Shown here in pieces: positions 38,361-50,563 of a DNA stretch of 64,000 nt. The notes below the pieces were generated by a model that had not been told where the DNA came from, did no database searches, and saw only the letters and a program-made list of their open reading frames with translations. The position numbers and the translations under genes are program-made. Origin of the DNA: Neomegalonema perideroedes DSM 15528 (GTDB taxonomy: Bacteria; Pseudomonadota; Alphaproteobacteria; Rhodobacterales; Rhodobacteraceae); NCBI RefSeq assembly GCF_000374145.1, contig NZ_KB893654.1:520995-584994 (forward strand). The letters run 5' to 3'. Positions within the stretch are counted from its first letter, which is position 1. Every line of letters begins with the position of its first letter.

Positions 38361-39299
38361 ATGACAGCCGACGCCAGAGCCGAATCCCGGGTGGCCGACG
38401 CGCCTCCGGCCAATTGGGTGGACCTCCACGCCCCGGAAGGCTGGCGGCCCTATCTGCGGCTCATGCGGGCGGATCGGCCCATCGGGACTTGGCTTTTGCT
38501 GCTGCCCTGTTGGCAGAGCCTCGGGCTGGCGGCCATGGCGGATTCTCCGCGTTGGGGGGATCTCTGGATCTTCCTCGCCTGCGGGCTCGGGGCCTTCGTG
38601 ATGCGCGGCGCGGGCTGCGCGCTCAACGACCTCGCCGACCGCGATTTCGACGGCCGCGTCGAGCGGACCAAGCTGCGCCCGATTCCCTCCGGCGCGATCT
38701 CGGTGAAGCGGGCGGCGCTCTTCATGGGGGCGCTTTGCCTCATCGGGCTGGCGATCCTGCTGACCCTGAACAAGGCGGCGATCTGGCTCGGAGTCCTCTC
38801 GCTGATTCCGGTGGCGGTCTATCCCTTCATGAAGCGGATCACCTGGTGGCCGCAGGTCTTCCTCGGGATCGCCTTCAACTGGGGCGCGCTTTTGGCTTGG
38901 GCGGCCCATATGGGAAGCCTGAGCCTCGCGCCGGTTCTGCTTTACCTCGGCGGGATCTGCTGGACCCTCGGCTATGACACCATTTATGCGCATCAGGATA
39001 AGGAGGACGACGCCCTGATCGGCGTGAAGTCCACCGCGCGGCTTTTCGGCGAGAAGACCGGCTCTTGGCTGATCGGCTTTTATCTCGGGGCCTTTCTGCT
39101 GGCGGGCGCCGCCGGATGGGCCGCAGGCGGCGGCTGGCCTTTCTGGATCGGGCTTTGCGCCTATGGGGCGCATCTGGTCTGGCAGATCCGGAGCCTGAGC
39201 ATCGACGATCCGGCGCAATGCCTGAAGCTCTTCCGCTCCAACCGCGAGGCGGGGCTTTTGCTCATGGCGGGGGTCTGGGGCGCGGCCTTCCTCGCTTGA
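38361..39299 (+). CDS. ubiA: 4-hydroxybenzoate polyprenyltransferase
   Basis: ATG at 38361 of ORF 38310..39299. NDLADRDFD and YAHQDKEDD Asp-rich prenyltransferase motifs. About 8 TM. Confidence 0.85.
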   Translation: MTADARAESRVADAPPANWVDLHAPEGWRPYLRLMRADRPIGTWLLLLPCWQSLGLAAMADSPRWGDLWIFLACGLGAFVMRGAGCALNDLADRDFDGRVERTKLRPIPSGAISVKRAALFMGALCLIGLAILLTLNKAAIWLGVLSLIPVAVYPFMKRITWWPQVFLGIAFNWGALLAWAAHMGSLSLAPVLLYLGGICWTLGYDTIYAHQDKEDDALIGVKSTARLFGEKTGSWLIGFYLGAFLLAGAAGWAAGGGWPFWIGLCAYGAHLVWQIRSLSIDDPAQCLKLFRSNREAGLLLMAGVWGAAFLA

Positions 39300-39392
39300 C
39301 TTCGCGGCGGGTTGTGGAGAATTCTCCCGGCCCGGCTTGAATTCCGGGCCTTTCATCTCATTTCTTCCGATTTGCTCTAAGGACAAGCGATC

Positions 39393-41408
39393 ATGCGCAG
39401 CGTTCAGATCACCCTCCCCGACGGCGCCATGCGGGAATATGAGGGAACGACGACCGCCGCGCAGGTGGCCGCCGACATCAGTCCCGGACTCGCCAAGGCC
39501 GCCATCGCGGCGCGGGTGGACGGGGTTCTGGCGGATCTCAGCCTGCCCATCGAGAAGGACGCCAAGGTCGAGATCCTCACCAATAAGCCGAAATCCGACC
39601 GCGACCGCGCCGAGGCTCTGGAGCTGGTGCGCCATGACTGCGCCCATATCATGGCCCGCGCGGTGCAGGAGCTGTGGCCGGACACGAAAGTCACCATCGG
39701 CCCGGTGATCGACAACGGCTTTTATTACGACTTCGACCGCGCGGAGCCCTTCACCCCGGAAGACCTCGCGGTGATCGAAAAGAAGATGCGCGAGATCATC
39801 GCGCTGAACGATCCCGTGCGCCGCGAGGTCTGGGCGCGCGACCGCGCCATCGCGCATTTTCAATCCACCAACGAGCCCTATAAGGTCGAATTGGTCGAGG
39901 CCATTCCGGAAGGCGAGACCCTCCGCTTCTACTGGCATGGTCCTTGGCAGGATCTTTGCCGCGGGCCTCATCTGGCGCGCACCGGCCAAGTGCCGCCCGA
40001 CGCCTTCAAGCTCGACCGCGTGGCGGGCGCCTATTGGCGCGGCGACAGCCGCAATAAGATGCTTCAGCGCATCTACGGCCTCGCCTTCCTGACCAAAGCC
40101 GATCTCGACGCCTTCCTGCATCAGCGCGAGGAGGCCGAAAAGCGCGATCATCGCAAGATCGGCAAGGAGATGGATCTCTTCCATTTTCAGGAAGAGGCGC
40201 CGGGAATGGTCTTCTGGCACGCCAAGGGCTGGGCGATCTGGCGCTCTCTGGAGGACTACATCCGTCGCCGCCAGAATGAAAACGGCTATCAGGAGGTGCG
40301 CACCCCGCAGCTTGTCGACCGCAAGCTCTGGGAGGCCAGCGGCCATTGGGAGAAGTTCCGCAAATCCATGTTCCTCGCCGAAGTCGAGGAGGTGGACGAG
40401 GAGGGCGCCGTGATCGGCCCGCGCCGCGTCAACGCGCTCAAGCCGATGAATTGCCCCTGCCATATCCAGATCTTCAATCAGGGCCTGAAGTCCTATCGCG
40501 ATCTGCCTTTGCGCATGGCCGAATTCGGCTCCTGCCATCGCTATGAGCCTTCGGGCTCTCTGCATGGGATCATGCGCGTGCGCGGCTTCACGCAGGACGA
40601 CGCGCATATCTTCTGCGAGGAGCGCCATATTCAGGACGAGACCCGGCGCTTCATCGAGCTTCTGGCTTCGGTCTATCAGGATCTCGGCTTCGAGAGCTTC
40701 AAGGTGAAGTTCTCGGATCGCCCCGAGGTCCGCGCCGGAACCGACGCCACTTGGGACCGCGCCGAAGCCGCGCTTCAGGAGGCCACCCGCGCCGCCGGAT
40801 GGGATTTCGCGCTGAATAAGGGCGAGGGCGCCTTCTACGGCCCCAAGCTCGAATTCGTGCTGACCGACGCCATCGGCCGCGACTGGCAATGCGGCACGCT
40901 TCAGGTGGATTACGTCATGCCCGAGCGGCTCGACGCGGAATATGTCGGCGAGGACGGCATCCGCCGCCGTCCGGTGATGCTCCATCGGGCCATCGTCGGC
41001 AGCTTCGAGCGCTTCTTGGGCATTCTGATCGAGCAATACGCCGGACGCATGCCGCTCTGGCTGGCGCCGACTCAGGCGGTGGTGGCCACGGTGGTCTCCG
41101 ACGCCGACGATTACGCCGCCGAGGTCGGGGGCCTGCTCAAGGCCGCCGGACTCCGCGCCGAGGTCGATTCGCGCAATGAGAAGATCAATTATAAGATCCG
41201 CGAGCATTCCGTGGGCCGCACGCCGCTGATTCTCGTCGTCGGGCGCAAGGAGGCCGCCGAGCGCACCGTCGCCCTGCGTCGCCTCGGCTCCGAGAAGCAG
41301 GAGATTCTGCCCCTTGAGGAGGCCCTCGCCCTGATCTCGCGCGAGGCCCTCGCGCCGGATCTGGCCCGCCGCGCAGGCGAAGCCGGAGCCTCCGCCGCTG
41401 TGGCCTGA
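39393..41408 (+). CDS. thrS: threonyl-tRNA synthetase
   Basis: ORF 39393..41408, 671 aa. TGS domain, class II core, anticodon-binding domain. Confidence 0.95.
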   Translation: MRSVQITLPDGAMREYEGTTTAAQVAADISPGLAKAAIAARVDGVLADLSLPIEKDAKVEILTNKPKSDRDRAEALELVRHDCAHIMARAVQELWPDTKVTIGPVIDNGFYYDFDRAEPFTPEDLAVIEKKMREIIALNDPVRREVWARDRAIAHFQSTNEPYKVELVEAIPEGETLRFYWHGPWQDLCRGPHLARTGQVPPDAFKLDRVAGAYWRGDSRNKMLQRIYGLAFLTKADLDAFLHQREEAEKRDHRKIGKEMDLFHFQEEAPGMVFWHAKGWAIWRSLEDYIRRRQNENGYQEVRTPQLVDRKLWEASGHWEKFRKSMFLAEVEEVDEEGAVIGPRRVNALKPMNCPCHIQIFNQGLKSYRDLPLRMAEFGSCHRYEPSGSLHGIMRVRGFTQDDAHIFCEERHIQDETRRFIELLASVYQDLGFESFKVKFSDRPEVRAGTDATWDRAEAALQEATRAAGWDFALNKGEGAFYGPKLEFVLTDAIGRDWQCGTLQVDYVMPERLDAEYVGEDGIRRRPVMLHRAIVGSFERFLGILIEQYAGRMPLWLAPTQAVVATVVSDADDYAAEVGGLLKAAGLRAEVDSRNEKINYKIREHSVGRTPLILVVGRKEAAERTVALRRLGSEKQEILPLEEALALISREALAPDLARRAGEAGASAAVA

Positions 41409-41553
41409 GGCCCGCGCCGCGTGGTTTCCTGAAGCTGAAGCTCCTCCGCCGCTTGCGCGGAGGGGCTTAACGACCTTATATTCCCCCGCAGATCATTTCG
41501 CGCGAATCCCGCCGGACCTTCTCCCCCTTGCGCGCGGAAGGCCGGCCTAGTCC

Positions 41554-42108
41554 ATATGGAGACGAAACATCCGCCGACCCGCTTCCCCCAACCAGCCGCC
41601 CCGCGAGACGGGACCCCGCATCAACCGTCAGATCCGCGCCACCGAGATCCGCCTGATCGATCAGGACGGCGAAAATCGCGGCGTGATGTCTCCGCGCGAC
41701 GCTCTGATTCTGGCCGAAGAGGCCGGATTGGATCTCGTGGAGATCTCGCCGGGCGTGGTTCCCCCGGTCTGCAAGATCCTCGACGTCGGCAAGTTCAAAT
41801 ACGAACAGCAGAAAAAAGCCGCCGAGGCCAAGAAGAATCAGAAGATCGTCGAAGTGAAGGAGGTCAAGCTCCGCCCGAACATCGACGACCATGATTACGA
41901 AGTGAAGATGCGCAGCATGGTCCGCTTCCTTGAGGAAGGCGACAAGGTGAAGGTCACCTTGCGTTTCCGCGGACGCGAGATGGCGCATCAGGGTCTTGGA
42001 CAGCAATTGCTGGACAAGGTCGCCACCGAGCTGGAGAACCTCGGCAAGGTCGAATCCATGCCCCGGCTGGAAGGCCGTCAGATGGTGATGATTGTCGGGC
42101 CCCGCTGA
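41554..42108 (+). CDS. infC: translation initiation factor IF-3 (non-ATG start)
   Basis: IF-3 sequence (...[45 protein letters not shown]...) continues in frame upstream of the first ATG. In-frame stop TAG at 41548. Candidate starts are ATA at 41554 and ATC at 41569. Confidence 0.8.
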   Translation: MWRRNIRRPASPNQPPRETGPRINRQIRATEIRLIDQDGENRGVMSPRDALILAEEAGLDLVEISPGVVPPVCKILDVGKFKYEQQKKAAEAKKNQKIVEVKEVKLRPNIDDHDYEVKMRSMVRFLEEGDKVKVTLRFRGREMAHQGLGQQLLDKVATELENLGKVESMPRLEGRQMVMIVGPR

Positions 42109-43015
42109 GCCGGAGTCCGCCGAACCCCCCTCGACGGGCCTTTCGACGGGCCGAAGCCTGAGCCGCCGCCTCGAAGCGGCGGGGGCTTGGGCGGCGGAGC
42201 GCCTTTCCGCCGCCTTGCCGCTCGACGCGGCTTCGGGCGGGGCGGGGCGCCTCGCCGGATTTCTGGGGCCGATCCTGCCTTTCGACAAGCGGGCGCGGCG
42301 CAATCTCGATCATGTCTGGCCGCAGAGCGGGTCGGAGGAGCGGCGCGCATGGCGGCGCGGCGTCTACGACAACTTCGCCCGCACCATCGTCGAATACGCC
42401 CATCTCGACCATATCGCCGCCGATCCCGACCGCCTGACCATCGAGGGCGCGGAGCATCTGCTCGCGGCCAAGGCCGCCGGGAAGGGCGCGATCCTCGCCA
42501 CGGCCCATTTCGGCCAATGGGAGGCGGTGCGTCTGGCGGCGCGGCGGCTCGGCTGGGAATCGGGGCTGATCTACCGGCGCTTCAACAATCCCTATGTGGA
42601 CGCCCGGGCCTTGCGTCTGGCCCGCACGGGCGGCGAGCCGGTGGTGACGCGCGGCGCCTCCGGGCTTTTGCGCTTCGTGCGCCATCTGAAGCGCGGCGGA
42701 GCCATGACCATCCTCGCGGATCACCGCATGGAGGGTCTGCGCGCGCCTTTTCTCGGGCGCGAGGCCGCCACCTCCACGGCGGCGGCGGAGATCGCCCTCG
42801 CCACCGGGGCGGCGCTTTTGCCCGCGCGGGGCGAGCGGCTGAAGGGCGCGCGCTTCCGGGTGGTCTTCGAGCCGCCGATCCTCCCGCCGGAGGGCCTCGC
42901 GCCGCAGGAGGCGGCTCAGGAGATGACGCGCGGCCTCAACGCGCGTTATGAAGCTTGGATCAAGGCGGCGCCGGAGCAATGGTTCTGGCTGCATCGACGC
43001 TGGGGGCGGCTGTGA
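42092..43015 (+). CDS. lysophospholipid/lipid A biosynthesis acyltransferase (LpxL/HtrB-like family)
   Basis: ORF 42092..43015. HFGQWE acyltransferase motif, ...ILADHR..., C-terminal WFWLHRRW. Confidence 0.7.
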   Translation: MSGPAEPESAEPPSTGLSTGRSLSRRLEAAGAWAAERLSAALPLDAASGGAGRLAGFLGPILPFDKRARRNLDHVWPQSGSEERRAWRRGVYDNFARTIVEYAHLDHIAADPDRLTIEGAEHLLAAKAAGKGAILATAHFGQWEAVRLAARRLGWESGLIYRRFNNPYVDARALRLARTGGEPVVTRGASGLLRFVRHLKRGGAMTILADHRMEGLRAPFLGREAATSTAAAEIALATGAALLPARGERLKGARFRVVFEPPILPPEGLAPQEAAQEMTRGLNARYEAWIKAAPEQWFWLHRRWGRL

Positions 43016-43083
43016 AAGAAGACGATAAGGCGGAGGGCCGCAAAAGCGGCTCCGAAGAGCGGTCCGGATCCGGAAAGCGCCCC

Positions 43084-43668
43084 ATGATTCTGCGGGAATC
43101 CTTCGCCGAGGGCCTCAAAGGGCGTTTCCTCATCGCCGATCCCTCCATCGCCGACCCGGAATTCGCGCGCGCGCTGATCCTCGTGACGGCCCATGGGCCT
43201 CAGGGGGCGATGGGCTTCATCGTCAACCGCCCCGCCGAGCGCCCCCGCTTCGCCGAGGTGCGGCGCGAATTGGGGCTCGGGATGCGCGGCCCGGAGCCCG
43301 ATCCTCTGGTGATGTCGGGCGGGCCGGTGGAGGAGACCCGCGGCTTCCTCATCCACAGCGAGGATTACGAAGCGCCTGAAGATTCCAGCGAGGTCGTCGG
43401 GCCGGGCCTGCGCGTGACCTCCGCGATGGAGGCTCTGCGGGCGGTGGCTTCGGGCTCGGGCCCGCATCGGGCGCTCTTCGTGCTGGGCTACGCCGGATGG
43501 GCGCCGCGCCAATTGGAGCGCGAGCTCAAGCGCAACGACTGGATCGTCGGCCCGGCGGCGGCGGATCCGGATCTGGTCTTCTCGGCGCCTCCCGCCGAAC
43601 GCTGGGCGCGGGCTCTGGAGAGCCTCGGCGTCGCGCCGGCCCGTCTGACGGGCGCCGGGATCTGCTGA
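43084..43668 (+). CDS. YqgE/AlgH family protein (UPF0301)
   Basis: ATG at 43084 of ORF 42955..43668. LKGRFLIADPSIADPEFARALILV is a typical YqgE N-terminus. An alternative coupled GTG at 43012 overlaps the upstream stop. Confidence 0.7.
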   Translation: MILRESFAEGLKGRFLIADPSIADPEFARALILVTAHGPQGAMGFIVNRPAERPRFAEVRRELGLGMRGPEPDPLVMSGGPVEETRGFLIHSEDYEAPEDSSEVVGPGLRVTSAMEALRAVASGSGPHRALFVLGYAGWAPRQLERELKRNDWIVGPAAADPDLVFSAPPAERWARALESLGVAPARLTGAGIC

Positions 43669-43764
43669 GGCTGAAGCAGGCGGGGGCTTGACCGGCTCTC
43701 CGGGATGGGAGAAGGCTCCGGCCCGAACCGCCCCCGAACCCGCTTCCTCGCCTCAGGAGCCCCC

Positions 43765-44772
43765 ATGACCCGCCCGATTCCCTATGCGCCGCTGCTCGTC
43801 TCCGCCGAGACGGCGGTCTCTGAGACGCGGAGCCTGCGCGATCTGCTGCGCTGGGCGGTGGGGCGCTTCAACGCCGCCGGGATCTTCCACGGCCATGGCG
43901 TCGACACGGCTTGGGACGAAGCGGTCTTTCTGATGCTGGAGGCTCTGGCTCTGCCGGTGGACCAGCTGGAGCCCTATCTCGACGCCCGCCTGACCGAAGC
44001 CGAGCGGCGCCGTCTGGCGGAGCTGGTCGAGGCGCGGATCGAGACCCGCAAGCCCTCGGTTTATCTGGTGAACAAGACCTATCTTCAGGGCCTGCCTTTT
44101 TACGTGGACGAGCGCGTGATCGTTCCGCGCAGCTACATCTCTGAGATTTTATTCTCCGGCGTCGAGGGTCTTTGGCCCGATCCCTCGGAGGTGGCTTCGG
44201 TGCTGGATCTCTGCGCGGGCTCGGCTTGTCTGGCGATTCTGGCGGCGCAGGTCTTCCCGCTGGCCGAGATCCACGCCGTGGAGCTGTCGCCCGAGGCCGC
44301 CGAGGTCGCACGGATCAACATCGCCGACCATGGGCTGGAGGATCGCGTGACGCTGCATGTCGGCGACCTCTTCGCGCCTCTGGAGGGGCTGCGCTTCGAT
44401 CTGATTCTGACCAACCCGCCCTATGTGGACGCCGAAGGCATGGGCTGGCTGACCCCCGAGCATCGCCATGAGCCGGAGATGGCCCTCGCGGCGGGCGAGG
44501 ACGGCATGTCGGTGGCGCGCCGCATCCTCGCCGAGGGGCGGGACCATCTGACGCCGCGCGGCGGGATGCTCGCCGAGGTGGGGCGGCTGCGTCCGGCCGT
44601 CGAGGCCGAGGCGCCAGATCTGCCGCTGCTCTGGATCGACACCGAGCAGAGCCGCGGCGAAACCTTCTGGATCAGCGCGGAGGCGTGGTCCGCGGCTTCC
44701 TCAGCGGAGTCGGAGCGCAAAGCGGCGGGGGCGGGAAAGCCGCGCCCGGCCCGCAAGCCGCCCAAGAGCTGA
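43765..44772 (+). CDS. prmB: 50S ribosomal protein L3 N5-glutamine methyltransferase (PrmB-like HemK-family MTase)
   Basis: ATG at 43765. TNPPY motif, LDLCAGSACLAI SAM-binding motif, long N-terminal substrate-recognition domain. Low-complexity C-terminal tail. Confidence 0.75.
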   Translation: MTRPIPYAPLLVSAETAVSETRSLRDLLRWAVGRFNAAGIFHGHGVDTAWDEAVFLMLEALALPVDQLEPYLDARLTEAERRRLAELVEARIETRKPSVYLVNKTYLQGLPFYVDERVIVPRSYISEILFSGVEGLWPDPSEVASVLDLCAGSACLAILAAQVFPLAEIHAVELSPEAAEVARINIADHGLEDRVTLHVGDLFAPLEGLRFDLILTNPPYVDAEGMGWLTPEHRHEPEMALAAGEDGMSVARRILAEGRDHLTPRGGMLAEVGRLRPAVEAEAPDLPLLWIDTEQSRGETFWISAEAWSAASSAESERKAAGAGKPRPARKPPKS

Positions 44773-47584
44773 GCGGCGCGGGCGGATCGGCTTCGTCGCC
44801 CTGGCCCGTGGGCGCTCCGCCGAGGGAGCCCGTCCCCATGTTTTCGGCGGGGGCGGGCGGGCGAAAGGAGATTCCGCGCGCCGAGAGATCCGCCTCCAGC
44901 CGCCGCGCGTCGCCCGCCAGAGCGTAGACGCCGCGCTCCGCCGCCTCCGAGATGCGGAGGCCCGCCGCCTGAGCCGCTTCGAGGGTCGTCTCGCGCATCT
45001 CGGCCGAGCGCCGCGCCCGCGCCGCGAGGTCGCGTCCGTCCATCGCCTCCCAGACCGCCGCGCCGAAGAGTCCGCGCGTCGTCTCCAGCGCGTCGAGATC
45101 CTCGCGCAGGCGTCCGAGGCGGGCGGCGTTCAGCTCCTCGGCGGAGATGGGCTTCTCGCGCAGGGAGGCGAGGATGCGCCATGTCTCTTCAAGGGCCGCC
45201 GCGGCGTTGTCGGCGTTGAAGGAGCTGTCCAGCCAGATCACGCCTTGTTTGAGCCCCCGGTCGATCAGGCCGCCCGAGGCGCTGTAGGTGAAGCCCTTCT
45301 CCTCGCGCAGGATCTGATTGAGCCGACTCACGAAGCCCCCGCCGAGGGCCCGCGCCGCCGCCTCCAGAGCCGCCGAGGGCGGCGCCAGCTCCGGCCCGCC
45401 GATGCGGGCGGTGAAAGCGACCTGAGTCGCGCCTTGGGAATCGGCCAGCCCGACGAAGCGCGTCGCGGCGGGGAGGCCGGGCGCCTCCGGCGGGCGGGCG
45501 GGGGCCGCGCCGCGCCAGCCGCCGAAGGCCAGCAGCATCAGCCTCTCCGCCTCCTCGGGCGGCAGGCCGGCCACGAGCACGGCCTCGGCGCCGTCGGGGC
45601 GGAAGATGCGCCGGTGCAGCGCCAGCGCCTCCTCTTGAGTCAGCCCCGCGAGGCTCTCGGGCGTCTCCGAGCGGCCCGCCCGGGTCTGGGGTCCGTAAAA
45701 GGCGGTTTTGACGACCTCCGCCGCCTGAGAAGGCGCGTAGGAGCGGGCGTAGCCCGCCGCCAGACGCCGCCGCGCCAGAGTCGCCTCCCAGAGGGCGGGA
45801 TCCGGATTCGGCGCCGAAAGCGCCGCGGCGAAATCCTTCAGAGCGCGTCCGAAATCCGGGCGCGGCGCCGTGAGCAGGGCGGCGACGTGGGTCGCCGAGA
45901 CGTTGGAGGAGGCCGCGCCGCCCATATAGGCCAGACGCCGGGCCGTGGCCGGATCGCGGGCGATCAGCTCGGCCATGGTCGCCACCAGCCCCTCCCGCCC
46001 GGGCGGATCGAGCGCCTCGCCGCCGGGCGCGACCAGCGCGAGATAGCCCAAAGCGGCCTCGGGGCGGTGGAAATAGGTCAGGCGCAGCCCGTTGGGCAGA
46101 GTCAGAAGGAGGGGCTCGGGAAACTCCGGCGTCTCGGGCATGGGCGGCGGCGGCGGGATGGCCACCGCCGTCGGCCGGCGCTCCGGGGGCGGGAGCCGGG
46201 TCTTGGGGCCGGTCGGCCCGAGCAGAGCCTGCGGCAGGCCCCCGCGCGGGCCGGGACGGATGATCCCCACGGAGGCGTCGTCCAGCCGGGCCACGGCCCT
46301 CAGGGCGGCGTCGGCCTTGGCGGCGTCCACCCGGGAGAGCCGCTGCGCCGCCAGACGCCGCAGCCGCGCCGAGCCGAGATTCGAATGGGCGTCCACGGCG
46401 TAGCGGGCGCGCTGGGCCAGCCGCTCCTCGGATTCGATCAGTTCGGCGGCCAGACGCCGGGCCGCGGCGCGCACCTCCGGCTGAGGCAGGCCCTCGGCGA
46501 GGATTTCGGCGAGGGCCTCGCGGGTCTGCTCCTCCAGCGTTTCGGCCTCCACGCCCTCGGCGCCCGTGGCGACCACCGCGAAGCGTCCGCCGAAGCGCAG
46601 AGGCGTCCAGAGCGCCGCCACCTGCGAGGCGACCCGGCGCTCCAGCACCAATTTGCGCCGCAGGGCCCCCATGGAGTCGTCGGTCAGGGCGAGCGAGGCG
46701 GCCCGCAGCGCGTCGTCTCCCTCCGAGCCGACGGGAGGGCCGGTCCATTCGAGAAACAGCGTGACGGCGGGGAGGGCGTCCTCGAACTCCAGCCGGGCGC
46801 GGGTCGGAGGGAAGGGAGCCGGAGGCGCCACCGGCGGAGGCGCCTCCGACCAGGGCAGAAGGCCGAAGCTATGGTCGATCAGCTCGCGGGCCTCCTGCGG
46901 GTCGAAATCCCCCGCGAGGGCTAAAATGGCGTTGGAGGGGCGATAATAGAGGTCGAAGAAGCGCCGGGCGTCCTCCAGCGTGGCCTCCTCCAGATCGGCC
47001 ATGGCGCCGATCACCGGATGACGATAGAGATGGCCTTCCGGGTAAAGCGCCGAGGCCAGCGCCTCCTGCGGGCCGAAGCCCGGCGCGTCGGCGACGTTCT
47101 GGCGCATCTCGTTGAGCACCACTTCGCGCTGAAGATCGAGATCCGACTGATCCAGCGAAGGCCCGAGATTGGCCATGCGGTCGGCCTCCAGCGCGAGCAT
47201 CAGCGGCAGCGCGACGCTCGGCCCCTCCATCTGATAGCGCACGCCGTCTTCGCTGGTGAAGGCGTTGGCGACCACGCCCGTCGCGGCGAGGGGCGCGTCG
47301 AAATTGGGCGCGGCGGGCGTGCCCATGAACATCAGATGTTCGAAGAGATGCGAAAAGCCGCTGAGCCCCGAGGGCTCGCGGGCGGATCCCACGTCGTAAC
47401 GCAGCTCCATGGCCAGTTTGGGCGTGCGCGGATCGGGCAGCAGAATCACCTGAAGGCCGTTGGAGAGCTCATATTCCTCCAGACGCTCAAGGGGAGGAGG
47501 CGCGAAAGGATCCTCCGAGGCCGCCGCCGGAGCGGAGGCCAGAAGCGTGAAGAAAATCGCCAGCGCAAGGCGAAGCTGCATCAT
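44672..47584 (-). CDS. M16 family (pitrilysin/insulinase-like) zinc peptidase, two-unit, secreted
   Basis: ORF 44672..47584. Signal peptide. HLFEHLMF inverted zinc-binding HxxEH motif. About 970 aa. The low-complexity C-terminal ~30 codons overlap the prmB 3' end. Confidence 0.8.
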   Translation of the reverse strand: MMQLRLALAIFFTLLASAPAAASEDPFAPPPLERLEEYELSNGLQVILLPDPRTPKLAMELRYDVGSAREPSGLSGFSHLFEHLMFMGTPAAPNFDAPLAATGVVANAFTSEDGVRYQMEGPSVALPLMLALEADRMANLGPSLDQSDLDLQREVVLNEMRQNVADAPGFGPQEALASALYPEGHLYRHPVIGAMADLEEATLEDARRFFDLYYRPSNAILALAGDFDPQEARELIDHSFGLLPWSEAPPPVAPPAPFPPTRARLEFEDALPAVTLFLEWTGPPVGSEGDDALRAASLALTDDSMGALRRKLVLERRVASQVAALWTPLRFGGRFAVVATGAEGVEAETLEEQTREALAEILAEGLPQPEVRAAARRLAAELIESEERLAQRARYAVDAHSNLGSARLRRLAAQRLSRVDAAKADAALRAVARLDDASVGIIRPGPRGGLPQALLGPTGPKTRLPPPERRPTAVAIPPPPPMPETPEFPEPLLLTLPNGLRLTYFHRPEAALGYLALVAPGGEALDPPGREGLVATMAELIARDPATARRLAYMGGAASSNVSATHVAALLTAPRPDFGRALKDFAAALSAPNPDPALWEATLARRRLAAGYARSYAPSQAAEVVKTAFYGPQTRAGRSETPESLAGLTQEEALALHRRIFRPDGAEAVLVAGLPPEEAERLMLLAFGGWRGAAPARPPEAPGLPAATRFVGLADSQGATQVAFTARIGGPELAPPSAALEAAARALGGGFVSRLNQILREEKGFTYSASGGLIDRGLKQGVIWLDSSFNADNAAAALEETWRILASLREKPISAEELNAARLGRLREDLDALETTRGLFGAAVWEAMDGRDLAARARRSAEMRETTLEAAQAAGLRISEAAERGVYALAGDARRLEADLSARGISFRPPAPAENMGTGSLGGAPTGQGDEADPPAPLSSWAACGPGAAFPPPPLCAPTPLRKPRTTPPR

Positions 47585-47619
47585 AGGGCGATCTCCGATC
47601 TAGCGCTCTCCGATCAAGG

Positions 47620-47745
47620 ACATTAAACCGCAATATGTTAGCAAAAGCGAGATGGAACAGAGCATAATGTCTCTTAATGATACATTATATGTAAATAATC
47701 CGCATCAAATATGAAATATTGTTTCATTGGGGTGTTTCGTGTTAG
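47620..47745. promoter_or_regulatory. AT-rich island in the divergent M16-peptidase/guaB promoter region
   Basis: About 125 bp at roughly 30-35% GC in a ~69% GC background (cattaaaccgcaatatgttagc...taatgatacattatatgtaaataat...atgaaatattgtttcattg). Contains an inverted repeat ATGAAA-n5-TTTCAT. Confidence 0.5.
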
Positions 47746-47829
47746 GGAAAGCTCAGCCGCCCGCTGATTTTTCGCCCGGCGCGGACCGGACCAATCGCCG
47801 CAGGGCTTTCCTCCGGCGCCGCAGCATGA

Positions 47830-49359
<1,530 letters not shown>

Positions 49360-49469
49360 GGCTTTGTCCTTCTCCGTCGCTTCTCCGCCCTGTGGCGTCG
49401 GTTAATCTCTGGCGTCGGGGGCGGGGATGATTTAACGTTTGCGGCGCAACAAGGGAGAGGGGCCTCCTT

Positions 49470-49910
49470 TTGACGGCTTTTTGGCTGATCAAATCCGAGC
49501 CGGAGACGTGGTCTTGGGCGGAGCAGGTCGCGCGCGGCGCGGTCGGCGAGCCTTGGACGGGCGTGCGCAATCATTCGGCCAAGCTGAATCTCTCGGCCAT
49601 GCGGTCGGGAGACCTCGCCTTTTTCTATCACTCGGTGAGCGAGAAGCGGATCATGGGCCTCGTGCGCGTGATCCGCGAGGCCTATCCGGATCCGACCGCC
49701 GAACCCGGCGCGCCTTGGGTCTGCGTCGACGTGGCCGCCCTCGCCGAGGCGCCGCGTCCTCTGACTCTGGCCGAGATCAAGGCCGATCCCCGCCTTGCGG
49801 AGACGGCTCTGGTCAAACTGACGCGGCTTTCGGTTCAGCCCGTGAAGCCGGAGGAATGGCGGATCATCTGCGAAGCGCTCGGGCTGGACCCGGAAAGGTT
49901 GGAAAAATGA
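49470..49910 (+). CDS. EVE (PUA-like) domain protein
   Basis: ORF 49470..49910. MTAFWLIKSEPETWSW...GDLAFFYHS is the EVE/DUF55 signature. Confidence 0.75.
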   Translation: MTAFWLIKSEPETWSWAEQVARGAVGEPWTGVRNHSAKLNLSAMRSGDLAFFYHSVSEKRIMGLVRVIREAYPDPTAEPGAPWVCVDVAALAEAPRPLTLAEIKADPRLAETALVKLTRLSVQPVKPEEWRIICEALGLDPERLEK

Positions 49911-50560
49911 CGTCTGCGGTCGGAACTCCTCTGCCGAGCTATCTCGTCGAGCGCTATCGCGGCTGGAAGGCCAACCGCTTCGAGGAAAGCCGCGCGTGGT
50001 TCGCGCGTCTGGTCGAGGAGGGGCAGAAGCCCCGCACCATGGTGGTCGGCTGCTGCGACAGCCGCGTCGAGCCGAGCGCCCTCTTCGGCGCCGAGCCGGG
50101 CGAGCTCTTCATCATGCGCAACATCGCCAATCTGGTGCCGCCCTACGCCCCGGACGCCCAGCAGCACGGCTCTTCGGCGGGCATCGAATACGCCGTGAAG
50201 TCTCTGAAGGTGACCGACATCGTCGTCATGGGCCACAGCCATTGCGGCGGCGTGGCGGCCTTCCACGACATCCAGCGCAACGAGATCACCGACACCACCG
50301 ACTTCATCGGCCGCTGGCTGGACACCCTCGCCCCCGCCTTCGCGCGGGTCAACGAACGGGAATGGCCGGACCGCGAATCGCGCATCCATGAGCTGGAGCG
50401 TCAGGGCGTGGTTCAGTCGCTGCTCAGCCTCATGACCTTCCCCTATGTGGCCAAGGCCGTGGAGGAAGGCAGGCTGCGGCTCCATGGCGTCTGGTTCGAC
50501 ATCTCCGACGGCGGATTGCATGAATATGATTCCGCGCTCGGGGCTTTCCGGCGCGTTTGA
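49907..50560 (+). CDS. beta-class carbonic anhydrase
   Basis: ATG at 49907 overlaps the EVE stop (ATGA). CCDSR and HSHCGG zinc-ligand motifs. Confidence 0.85.
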   Translation: MTSAVGTPLPSYLVERYRGWKANRFEESRAWFARLVEEGQKPRTMVVGCCDSRVEPSALFGAEPGELFIMRNIANLVPPYAPDAQQHGSSAGIEYAVKSLKVTDIVVMGHSHCGGVAAFHDIQRNEITDTTDFIGRWLDTLAPAFARVNEREWPDRESRIHELERQGVVQSLLSLMTFPYVAKAVEEGRLRLHGVWFDISDGGLHEYDSALGAFRRV

Positions 50561-50563
50561 GGA

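Noticed and set aside
38118-41207. 1029-aa ORF on the minus strand
   Set aside because: It is antisense to the well-supported ubiA and thrS genes and spans both. It is Arg/Gly/Ala-rich with no domain signature. This is a typical stop-codon-poor artefact of ~69% GC DNA.
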